In this document: piece by piece, positions 13,290 to 24,000 of the stretch
Numbering within the stretch: position 1 is the first letter of the stretch
Layout of the letters: every line of letters begins with the position of its first letter
Assembly (NCBI GenBank): GCA_043228905.1
Contig: JBHGNT010000010.1
Location: 17,608,001-17,672,000, forward strand
Source of the DNA: Azolla caroliniana
Taxonomy: Eukaryota; Plantae; Polypodiophyta
Direction: 5' to 3'
Length of the DNA stretch: 64,000 nt
Notes under the pieces: generated by a model
The model's database searches: none
Seen by the model: the letters and a program-made list of their open reading frames with translations, nothing else
Told to the model about the DNA's origin: nothing
Position numbers and translations under genes: made by a program

Positions 13290-14227
13290 TATCTATGTGA
13301 AAATGATGCACACCCTTCTTGGTGCACATTTGAGTATGACACACCCATTATAATGACCACCTAAACAAGTCATTGCATTCCTCATGAATTACCTTATACG
13401 TTGATCATGTGATGAGTAGGTGTTATTCATCCTCCGCGAGGTTTTCATTACATACCTCACATATCTTCATGTTTGGGCGATGATGCCATGATGCCACCTC
13501 AACACCTAGTTTGTGTGAGTGAGTTCGAAGAAGTCTTTAAGCTCTCCAAGAGCCAAGGCTAATTGGGGTTGTGAGATGTGATTGGTACGTTCTAGAATTT
13601 TTACCTTGTATCGAAGCCAACTTTGGGGGGTTAATATATGCAATGTAGTTTTCCAATTTTGACACTTCCTCATTAGTGCCTCTAGTAATCTATCCTCAAT
13701 TATCACATAGTTCATTGCATCACCTAAAAGCTCTAATCAATCTTTTACTCGTCATCTCTTAAACCATTTCATAATATCGAGCACCTAACCAAATCAAACA
13801 ATTTTGCTCTTGTTCGTGTTTTGTATTTACTCTTTGCATGGCTTGTACATCTATGAGGCGGAGCACTTGATCTAATAGCATGACATGATAGGATGTCGAG
13901 AATTTTACCCCCAATTGTCTACATAGAAACAAATGTTGGATTTTCTCTATTTCATCAGTGTCCAATACATCAAGTAAGAGCTGCATATTATCCAAAGTAT
14001 ATGAGACTTAAACAACATCAACATATGGGAGTATAGTTCGTGCATGAGTTTTGGATCATCTAATTATTCTTCTTTTGTAGCATTTTTTACTATTTCTTCA
14101 AGTTTATCAATGCATACACCAAAGAGTGTGGGAGTTAGAGGACACCCTAAGTGCTTGACCCCCATGTTGCTAAACAATTATTTCAAGAAACCAATATCCA
14201 TTTTCAAGTGGCACTAAACTTGCCCAT
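13290..14227 (-). mobile_element. LINE copy 2, RT to C-terminal zinc-finger segment
   Basis: Minus-strand peptides 'DEIEKIQHLFLCRQLGVKFSTSYHVMLL' and 'MNYVIIEDRLLEALMRK' are collinear with LINE copy 1 ORF2 (12006-12947). Confidence 0.85.
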
Positions 14228-14604
14228 TGTTGAGCGGCAAGCTCAACTGGAGCCGGATAGGCTGGATAAGCCTAAGCCGGTGAGCGAGATGGATCGGTAA
14301 GCCGACGAGCAACCGAGTTGGCAAGCAACAGAGCCGGTGAGCTGGGGAGCCGGTTAGTCGGATCCAATCGGTAACCAGAAGCCTAGTATTAGTTTAGACT
14401 ACTAGGCAGTTATAGTCTCGTAGTAAGTGTCAAATACTCGTGTGAGCATTGAAGTACGCGGTACTTCTGTCAGTCCCACGAGGACTTGTATAAATAATGC
14501 TACTGAGCACAGTTGTATAAACAAAGTGTTTTTATCGTTTTTTAATATAGCTTTTACGTTCCGCTCTCTTTGTTTTCTAACGCTTCCCCAAGTAATCGTT
14601 TTCA
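14228..14604 (+). repeat. 5' LTR of Copia family A copy 1
   Basis: TG...CA termini, immediately followed by the PBS, TATAAATA box inside. Confidence 0.95.
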
Positions 14605-14697
14605 TGGTATCAGAGCGCGAGGGTTGAGAACCTCTGCAACCGACAAACGCTTGAAAGCAAACCCTAACAGGTCGTAAGAACAGCTGACAGAGAAGTG

Positions 14698-17600
14698 ATG
14701 GATAGAGGAATGGCTAGCTCACTCCCTGTGGAGAAACTCGACAGATCCAACTACGTATCTTGGTCGTACAAGATGCACCAGTACCTGCTTGGGCATGGCT
14801 ACTGGAGTTTCGTCGAAGGAGCCAACGAAACAACACCTGATGCGACACATAAGGATTTCCCAATGTGGGAACAATGGGCAAGTAGAGTGATGTACTGCTT
14901 CGCATCCAGTGTCGGAGACCAGTTGTTGAGCCACATCCGAAACGCCAAGATGCCGAAGGAGGCTTGGGGAAACCTTCTCCCCCTGAAGAAGGTTTTCGCC
15001 GCGAGCACTACAACCCGGAAGCTGCAACTCCGATAGGAGTTGAGCAATGTCTGACAGAAGGACATGTCGGTGGCGAATTACACGGCCCGGATCAAAGAGA
15101 TCTGTGACTCGCTTGCCTCTATCAACGTTACCGTAGAGGAAGACGAGATGGTATAGGTCTGTCTTGGGGGTCTGGCGTCTAACTTCAGAGCATTCCGAAT
15201 AGCGGTTTGTACAAGGGAGAATACGCCGTCATTTTTCGACTTATAGTCGATGCTCCTTGTAGAGGAGAACCACGCCGGTGCGTCAACTGGCGCACCCATT
15301 GACAGCCGGATGCTGTACACGGAAGCAGATCGGTTCCGTGGGCATGGTGGACGAGGCGGGTCGGCACGCAATGGAGGCAGCCGGCAAGACCAGGAACAAA
15401 GGCACAAAGAACGTGCCGTCAACACTTCCGGACCCTTCGGGAGCAGGGGGAGTCATGGCGGCACCGGAAGACGGCAAGAGAAGACTGCAACGGAATGTTG
15501 GTACTATGGCAAAAACGGCCACAGAGAAAGTGAGTGCTGGAGAAAACGCGCCGATTTGGACAAATCCGGATTCGGCAAGGCCGGCAAGGATGGCCGGCAA
15601 AGCTCGCACTACATGAAGGGATCGGGAGGATCCAAGAACAGTAACGGGCCAACCTTGGTGATGAAGCACGAGGCGAACTCGATGAGGAAGACCACTTCCA
15701 AATCGGAGGAAGTGTGGTATGTTGATTCTGGTGCGTCGAACCACATGACGAGCCACAAAGAGTGGTTCTCCTTTTTGGAGAAACTGGATCAACCAGGAGT
15801 AGTCGAAACCGGAGACGACACTCCTCACCCAATCGTGCATGTCGGAGAAGTCCCTTTGAGCCACGTCGGACAGAAAGGGAAGCTGATGAACGTATTACAC
15901 GTTCCGACAATCACGAAAAACCTGGTGTCGGTCGGACAGATCGTTGACCAGGGGATGCAGGTGCGGTTTACGCACCTTGGGTGCTTCATCGAGGAAGAGG
16001 GCCAGATTATTGCACAAGGGCGCAGAGACGGGAGGATGTTTATCCTCGACACCAATGACGTCAGCACCGCTCTGTTTGCAAAAGGACAGAAGCTCGAATC
16101 AGACATTGACCTGTGGCACAAGCGGATAAGCCACGTCAAATACGGGAGGCTTCAAGACCTGCAAACGAAACAAGTTGTTTTCGGTTTGCCGAAGTTCAGC
16201 GGTCGGAAGGCCCAAGTATGTGAAGCCTGCCAACTCGGGAAGCAACACCGGCTTCCATTCCCTACCGAACGTAACCGGAGCCGTAACAAGCTCGACCTTA
16301 TCCATTCGGATGTGTGGCGACCGACACATAATGTTAGTCTTGGCGGGAGTCGATACTTCGTCTCCTTCATCGATGACTATATGCGGCACCCATGGATCTA
16401 CCTCATTGAGCGGAAGAGTGAAATCTTCGAGTGTTTTCGGAGTCTCCAAAGCATGGTGGAACGGGAATCGGAGAGGAAGATCAAATGCCTGCGGTCGGAT
16501 GGCGGGAAAGAATATTTTTCCGGCCAATTCAACAGTTATTTGCAGCAAAAGGGAATTCAACGAGAGTTCAACTGCAGATATACACCGCAACATAACGGTG
16601 TTGCCAAGAGGAACAATCGGTCGCTTATTGAAGCGGCAAGGTCAATGCTGGAAGAGAAGAGCATGCCCAAATTCTACTGGGCGGAGGCAGTCCGAATGGC
16701 TGTCTACATCTAGAATCGGATTGGTGACAAGGTGTCAGCTCACGAGCTATATTTCGAGCACAAGCCAAATTTGGGACACCTTAAGATCTTTGGCAACATT
16801 GCATATGTGCATGTACCGGATGAGAAGCGGAGGAAGCTGGATGCAAAATCGGAAAAATGCATCCTAATCGGCTATGCTCAAGAGCAAAAGGGTTATAAGT
16901 GTTATAACCCCCGGACAAAGCAGGTCAGAGTTAGTCGAGATGTCGAGTTCGATGAATCGGCATCATGGTATTCCTTACCGACTCCGACTTCCGATTCCGA
17001 CCCGATGCCGGTGGATGAGGCTAGTGAGCATGAACCGGCCCAAGTAGATGATGATGAGGCGTGGACTCAGGATGAGAGTCCGGAATCGTTTCGGTTGAGC
17101 GGGCCGAACGAGAGACTGAGTCAATCAGACAAGTCCGATGAGGAACCGACGAGTAGTGGAGACTCTATCGTGCTCTCCCCGCGTAAGGAACCGAGGAGAC
17201 GGTTCACGCGCAAAGAGAAAGGGAAGAAAAAGATGCCAGAATTCGAAACCGACAATGATGAGTCGGATCGGTGTGCATCCGACTTCGGCAAGGAGAAAGG
17301 AGGATCTTCGGCAATGAAGACCGAACCGGCCAAGAAAGGCCTTAAACCGGGTAACAGTGAGTTATGCCGGTCCACCAGCCAGAAGGATCCTGTCACGTGG
17401 TACGGGTACAATGAGTACATGGTGCATCACTATGCGTACATGACTAAAGTGGCGGAAGTACGTGAGCCGGAGAGCTACGCAGAAGCGGCAAAGGACGCAA
17501 ATTGGCGTGCCGCTATGGAGGAAGAAATGTAGGCACTTGATGTCAACGAGACATGGCACCTAGTTGACCCTCCCCGTCACTGTAAACCGATCGGATGCAA

Positions 17601-19139
17601 GTGGGTGTACAAGGTAAAGTACAATGCCGACAGTTCAATTAACCGGTACAAGGCTGGGTTAGTGGCGAGGGGATACACGCAGACCCACGGAATCGACTAC
17701 GACGAGACCTTCGCTCTTGTAGCTAAGATGTCGACGGTTCGTGTGGTGCTGGCGGTTGCTGCAGCAAGAGGGTGGCATCTTCACCAGATGGATGTGAAGA
17801 ATGTGTTTCTTCAGGATGATCTTGAAGAAGAAGTCTTTATGACTCCGCCCCTCAGTTTTTCAATCGGAGATGAACAAGTCGGCGGTATGCCAGCTGAAGA
17901 AGTCGTTGTACGGCCTGAAGCAAGCCCCTCGAGCTTGGAATGCGAGGATCACGCACCAGTTGTGTAAGATGGGGTTTGCGGTCTCCAAGTCCGACTCTTT
18001 GTTGTTCATCCGGCAAGGCTCAGTTGTCGGACGCATTTGAGATGAAGGACCTGGGGGACCTTCATTATTTTCTTGGGATCGCGGTGATCCGAACCCCCGA
18101 TGGCATATTGCTCTCACAACGACATTACGTCTTGAATATGTTGTACAAGTTCGGCATGACAAAATGCCGACCTGACTCCACACCCTTGGACCAGAACCAG
18201 AAGCTTCATCCCAAATCCGGACTGGCCTGTAATGAGCAACGGTTTCGACAAATTGTCGGAAGCCTTATTTACTTGACTATCACGCGACCCGACATCAGCT
18301 ATCCGGTCGGCATGATAAGTCAGTTCATGCAGAAGCTGACCGTGGAGCACCTTCAGTGCGCGCAACGGATATTGCGATATGTAAGCAGCACGAAGGACCG
18401 GGGCCTGTTATACTGGCGTGGTATACCCGAAGAGCTGGTCGGTTACACAGATGCCGACTGGGCCGGCGATGCATCAGATCGCTGATCAACCTCCGATTAC
18501 ATGTTTTCCCTTGGTAGCGCGGCTGTTGCGTGGAGCTTCAAAAAGCAGCCAACAGTTGCTCTATCGAGCACTGAAGTTGAGTATCGGGGCGCTACCATTG
18601 CAACCTGTGAAGCCATTTGGCTTCGACGACTGCTGCAAGACCTACGGATCAAGGTACCGACCCCGATTCTGGTCTACTGCAACAACATAAGCATCATGCA
18701 ACTCGCCAAGAACCACGTATTCCATGCTCGCACAAAGCACATAGAAGTGCACTATCACTTCGTGCGTGAGCGTGTCCTGAGCGGTGACATCTTCACGGAT
18801 CGGTCGGATTGGCAAGTTACCGACATCTTCACCAAACCGCTTGGATCGGACAAGTTGTAGCACTTCACCGAAATGCTTGGTGTTCAGCATCTCGACGTGC
18901 CACACTTGAGGGGGAGAACGGGCAAAGACACGGGCAAAGACACTGGAACGGGCAAAGGCAAAGAGACTGCCGATTGCGCCGGTGAGGGAAGAACCGACGA
19001 AGGGAGAGTCAAGAAGAAGAAAGGAGCCAAGTCGACACGTCCGAACAAGTCGGAACAAGCGGCAACAACGGCAGAGTCAAGAAGGACAGAGCCGACCGAA
19101 GGAAGAAGGCCAAGACCCGGACATGGTCCAATGTGGTGA
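14698..19139 (+). pseudogene. Copia gag-pol pseudogene (family A copy 1)
   Basis: ORF pieces 14695-15036, 15250-16713, 16732-17532, 17605-, 17940-, 18501- and 18873- are separated by single TAG/TGA codons and a frameshift. The integrase catalytic E is mutated (GVAKR) and the RT YVDD segment is deleted. Confidence 0.9.
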
Positions 19140-19539
19140 AGGGCCTGGAACCAGAAGACGAATCGGGAGCAACCGATTCGGACAAGAGCTGGAACGAATC
19201 GGAGACGGTCGATTTGGTTCAACAGACAGATCGGAAGAACCAGATCAATTCAAGGCCAAGAGGACGAGAAGGCAGCGAAAGTCGACGCCAACACGAAGGA
19301 ATCGGCGAACCGGAATGCGCCGAAGACACAACAACAAGGGAGCTGAATTGGGCATGTTGAGCAGAGAAGCTGACTGAGGAGGTCAAGGTGCGCAGAACAA
19401 GAGGGGTTGCGACAAACAGAACCGGACCGGACGAAGAGCGCAAGCAAGGCGGAACGACACCAGGAGAAGTCGGTTGGAAGAACCGACTGCCACAGAGGCT
19501 GACACTAGGATCCAACCTCAAGTTGAGCTTGAGGAGGAG

Positions 19540-19916
19540 TGTTGAGCGGCAAGCTCAACTGGAGCCGGATAGGTTGGATATGCCTGAGCCGGTGAGCGAG
19601 ACGGATCAGTAAGCCGGTGAACAACCGAGCCGGCAAGCAACAGAGCCGGTGAGCTGGGGAGCCAATTAGTCGGATCCAATTGGTAACCGGAAGCCTAGTA
19701 TTAGTTTAGACTACTAGGTAGTTATAGTCTCGTAGTAAGTGTCAGATACTCATGTGAGCATTGAAGTACGCGGTACTTTTGTCAGTCCCACGAGGACTTG
19801 TATAAATAGTGCTACTAAGCATAGTTGTATAAACAGAGTGTTTTTATCGTTTTTGAATATAGCTTTTACGTTCTGCTCTCTCTGTTTTCTAACGCTTCCG
19901 CAAGTAATCGTTTTCC
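19540..19916 (+). repeat. 3' LTR of Copia family A copy 1
   Basis: Direct repeat of 14228-14604 preceded by the PPT GAGGAGGAG; terminal CA mutated to CC. Confidence 0.95.
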
Positions 19917-20550
19917 CCCATAAAATCATGCTACAATTACTCTATAGTGTATTGGCATTGCAATCTCTGTCATTATTTGCCAAAGCTGAATCCTTGATAT
20001 AGTGTCAAAGGCTTTCTTAACGTCCAAAAAACAATAGTACAATGTTTTTCCTTGAACTCGACATTCTTCCATTAGAACTCTCAATGTAACCAAATAATCA
20101 ACAGTCGAATGTTTTCGTCTAAATCTTGCATCACCAAGTGCTCATTTGTGATGATGTTCAACCTATGAGCTAATATTCTGTTTTATAATAGTGTTGTAGG
20201 CCATACCTGAGCTAACCATGATAGTTTGGTTGTTGGATACCATATTTTTATCTCCTCCTTTATGGAATGGTTTAATCGAATTCATTTAGTAATCTTCTCA
20301 AAACTCTTCCTTGATAGCTTGATCCATATTAGTTGTGACCCATCAATGAGTTCGTGGTTTTGTTCATTTTAAGATCTCATTTGTCATTAAAGTTGCATCC
20401 ATATCTTTGCCATTAGACATATTTTCTACCCCTCTATTAACATCTTCAATAAACATACATACAATAGATGGTGTTTCAGTACTCAATATCATAGTCATTA
20501 TCCCAATATCCATATAAAGCTTACGAACATATTATTCCTTTTGTTCATAA
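19917..20550 (-). mobile_element. LINE copy 2, 5' (truncated) RT-proximal segment
   Basis: The reverse complement aligns with LINE copy 1 at about 10870-11515 and joins 14227 seamlessly across the Copia TSD. Confidence 0.85.
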
Positions 20551-20566
20551 GTGGGTGTTTGTGTGT

Positions 20567-20741
20567 GCCCATATGGATGTAGTTTAGTTGGTAAGGTTGC
20601 CCAACGGTGACCAGGTGGTCATGGGTTCAACCCCTACAGTCCACAATGGCATCTAGTGAAATAAGAGATATCTATGGAGTGATAGAGAAGTGCTAATTAT
20701 TAGTGTAAATGAATTAACGATGAGAGAGAGAGAGAGAGAGA
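20567..20741 (+). mobile_element. tRNA-derived SINE-like element, copy 2
   Basis: GCCCATATGGATGTAGTTTAGTTGGTAAGG...GGGTTCAACCCC, closely similar to 13045-13251 over the first ~110 nt, ending in AATTAACGAT(GA)n. Confidence 0.75.
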
Positions 20742-23504
20742 TGTTTCCCTACTCCAAATGAAATTGAAACATTTTCACATGATTCCAACGAATGATGCTA
20801 GGTCAAATATGTCAAAGGAAACATGTATTGCATGGTGCCAACTTCTCCTCTCCCCATAGTTATGCTCTGTGTCCCATACATTGGCCATTGTTTACTAAAT
20901 CTTTTGGTTCCACGACTTTTGTTATGACTATATCTACAACTGTAAGCTCCAATCCTAAATGAACCATAAGACATCACTACCATTCCAATTGAGGGTATAA
21001 TAGAAGCCTCCTAAAGCAACTCCCACTTATTGCATGTGTATGCATCACCGCACCAATACAAAATAACATGCAAGTTATTGACCTCTTTGTTCCTTAATGT
21101 TCACACTATTGCTTTCAAATACCTCGATTTCCCACTTGTACAACATGATCCCAACGAAATTAACGACTTCATGGTATTATTCTTTGATTTGCTCCATTTA
21201 TTTTCTTATTTAAACAATGTTGCTCTAAATTTGTGTGCAAAATGCAAAAAACAACTCTACTATGTAATTTAGATATTTGACTGCTACTTGCTCTAAAAAA
21301 ATTTGTGCAAAATACACTAAACAAGTCTACTATGTAATTCTAATATTTGTCTACTAGTTTTATATATTTTGATAGCCTTTTTTTTGTTACTAAGTTTTTA
21401 TTCTTTATTACATTGTAATAATGCATGTTTTAGTTAAGATTTTACTTAATGTTTTGAACCATTTTTCATTAATGTGCTCATAGTCTTTGTTAGTTAGTTA
21501 GTTAGTTTATACGTAAATGAAGCTCTCATCATATAATGACTAGGTAGGTATAGATCTAGTAGTGATCTAACTAGCAAAAGGATGTTCACCTTTTCATAAT
21601 AAATGGAAAGGGTTTAGATATGTACATAGACGGCGGTAAAGGGGCGTAGAAACAACAATATCTAAACATCTAACCTTTAGATCAGACCCACTTTATATAT
21701 TTTGATAAGACACAATACAACTTTATATTTATTACCTTTTCGAAATGAAGAACTATACTTACATTAACATAAGAGCATGAAAATGAAGGGCACTTTTTAC
21801 ACTTCTATGTAAAATTAAGGAAATCTGAAGTTAAACCTTGTCATGAAAATCAATAAATAAATGTCAAATGTGAGCATCAAAGTAAATCCACGATCAGTAT
21901 GCATGTAATGGGCATCCCATAAGAAAGCTTATGCTCAATTCTAGACTTGGTATGCTTATTTGTGTTAATGACATATTGATTGATGTCAATCACATGATTA
22001 GAAGATCACCATAAACACAATCAGAGACAATTGATTGTCAACTTGATCGTAAAAGTTGTTTTCTATGGGTCATTATTATTGTTATGCTTTGTTTTATTTT
22101 GTGCATGCTCCTTGATACCAATTATAGACAGTACATATTCTATCTTTCTAGTTGCACAAAAATACAAAAGGGATATAATCATAAATTCGATAAGAAAGTT
22201 AATAAGATTATTAATCATGCTAAGTGTACAAATATCCCACACAAAGATGACTAAACAATGTGTGATAGTGTTTGAAAGTAAGGCCCTATTTAGAGCATCA
22301 TATAAGTGGAATTGACAAAGTACCATTTATTCTCACAACACCTTTTGACGCTTGAGGTAGGGGAAATTTGTTTGAATTGGCTAGAAGCCTAATTAATTTA
22401 GTTAATGAAAATTTAAGAAACCACCTTACGCATTATAAATTAAAGTACGCGTTGACACAACTACATGAAACACTTTGATATAAGCACAACTTAGAAAAGT
22501 TATTAAATTTTAAGATAAATATGGGGAATCAACACATGACTTATTTTTCGAATAATGAACTGTTATGATTACTTACGAATTTAGATTCAAGGCAATGACC
22601 TTTGTTGTATGGATGTAAGTAGTCTTAGTAATTCTAACGATTGGTTCTAAAAATAAGCAATGCTAATTTACTCTCAAATGGAGAGGTGCTATAAAAGCTC
22701 GTAATTGGGTTGTATATGTCACCAATTTTGTTATACTTTTTGGATTTATTGAACAATACGGTTGTTTAAGACTTTTCAATTCAATGACATCTAGCAACAA
22801 AAGTGGAAGTTATCATCATGTCATGGCCTTGTAAAAGTGAGAAACTATAATGGACATAAAGTTGGCTCGGTGACCTTACCGAGCATGCATTATTATAGTA
22901 GAGGAGTTATGTTTCCATGCCAATTTCATTTATTGAGGTATTTGGGCCACCATATTCCCTATTGATGGTGAGTTGGGCAAGAGTGGTTGACGTGCACTCT
23001 CAAGCTGCTAATTTGCTTACCCTAATCTTGCAAACTCTCACTCAACTCTCTCAAAAGCATTAAGCTAATTTGCTTACCCTAATCTTGCTAGTGCCTTAAT
23101 GAGCTAAAGGGTAAGATGCATACACAAGTAAATAGATTACACGCAAAAGAACTAACCACATTACTACAATTAAACGGAAAACAAACAACACATACAAAAA
23201 GAGGAGTGATTAGGGTTTAGCTAGATGTCGTTTAACACTAATCACTCACTTCACAAGTATGAGAGATTAAGAGAACTACATCTTAGACTACAAAGTGGAA
23301 ATAAAACTAAAGATTCAAGAAAAAACTTAAAAGGTATGAAAGTGACTTTTTTAGCTCACTTACAAAAAGATTGTCCCCTTCCACATTGGGAGGGCCATTA
23401 AGATTGAAGTCTAAACCTATTCTTGTTGTGTTTTCCTTCTCTTGGTTTTACACCTAGTAAAATGCCTTTGCACCATTGTCAATATCTTCATGGATCTTGC
23501 TACA

Positions 23505-24000
23505 CACAAATACTTTATTGAATATGTATGCCAAATGTGGAGAGTTTGTAAAATCTCAGAAAGTGCTTCAAGAGCTTCCTATTCGAGATATAGTCTCTTG
23601 GAATGCACTTATTGGTGAGTATGCTAAATAGGGTCAAGGCCACAAAGTTGGAGCGTTTTAAACAGATTCAAAATGATGGCATTGCCCAGATACTGTCACA
23701 TATTTTTTGTTTCCTTGCAAAATCACAAGAGGATATGTAGAGAACAGCCAAGATAAAGAATCATTGAATTATGTTCAGTTTATGCAATATCAAGGTAATG
23801 TGGAATTGGGTTTTGTGAAGAAACTCTTAATTTTGTTGAGCATCTACAAATGGAGGGGTTTAATATGATGACATTTTCTGGTATGTTGAAAGCATGTGGC
23901 AACATGGGAGATATACAGAAAGGGAACAACTTCCATGTTCAAATGTCCTCGCAAAACATGGAGGTCACAGAAGCAAGTGCCCTTATTGAGAAATATGCTT
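23505..24000 (+). pseudogene. PLS-class pentatricopeptide repeat (PPR) gene fragment
   Basis: Manual translation gives NTLLNMYAKCGEFVKSQKVLQELPIRDIVSWNALIGEYAK*GQG and TFSGMLKACGNMGDIQKG, typical PLS-class PPR motifs, with stops and frameshifts. Confidence 0.8.

Larger units (their letters stand above)
14228..19916 (+). mobile_element. Full-length but inactivated Ty1/Copia LTR retrotransposon (family A, copy 1)
   Basis: 377-bp LTRs at 14228-14604 and 19540-19916, TSD CCCAT (14223-14227, 19917-19921), PBS TGGTATCAGAGC at 14605-14616 (tRNA-iMet), PPT at 19531-19539. Domain order Gag - zinc knuckle - protease (WYVDSGASNH) - integrase - RT - RNase H. About 27 LTR differences by eye (about 7%). 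Confidence 0.97.

Noticed and set aside
14700-19600. Many antisense or alternate-frame ORFs within the Copia elements
   Set aside because: Shadow ORFs of GC-richer gag-pol sequence with no recognisable domains.
13045-20741. Two inverted tRNA-like copies as TIRs of one 7.7-kb element
   Set aside because: LINE copy 2 continues outside the left copy (8552-8706), so the two copies are better explained as independent SINE insertions.
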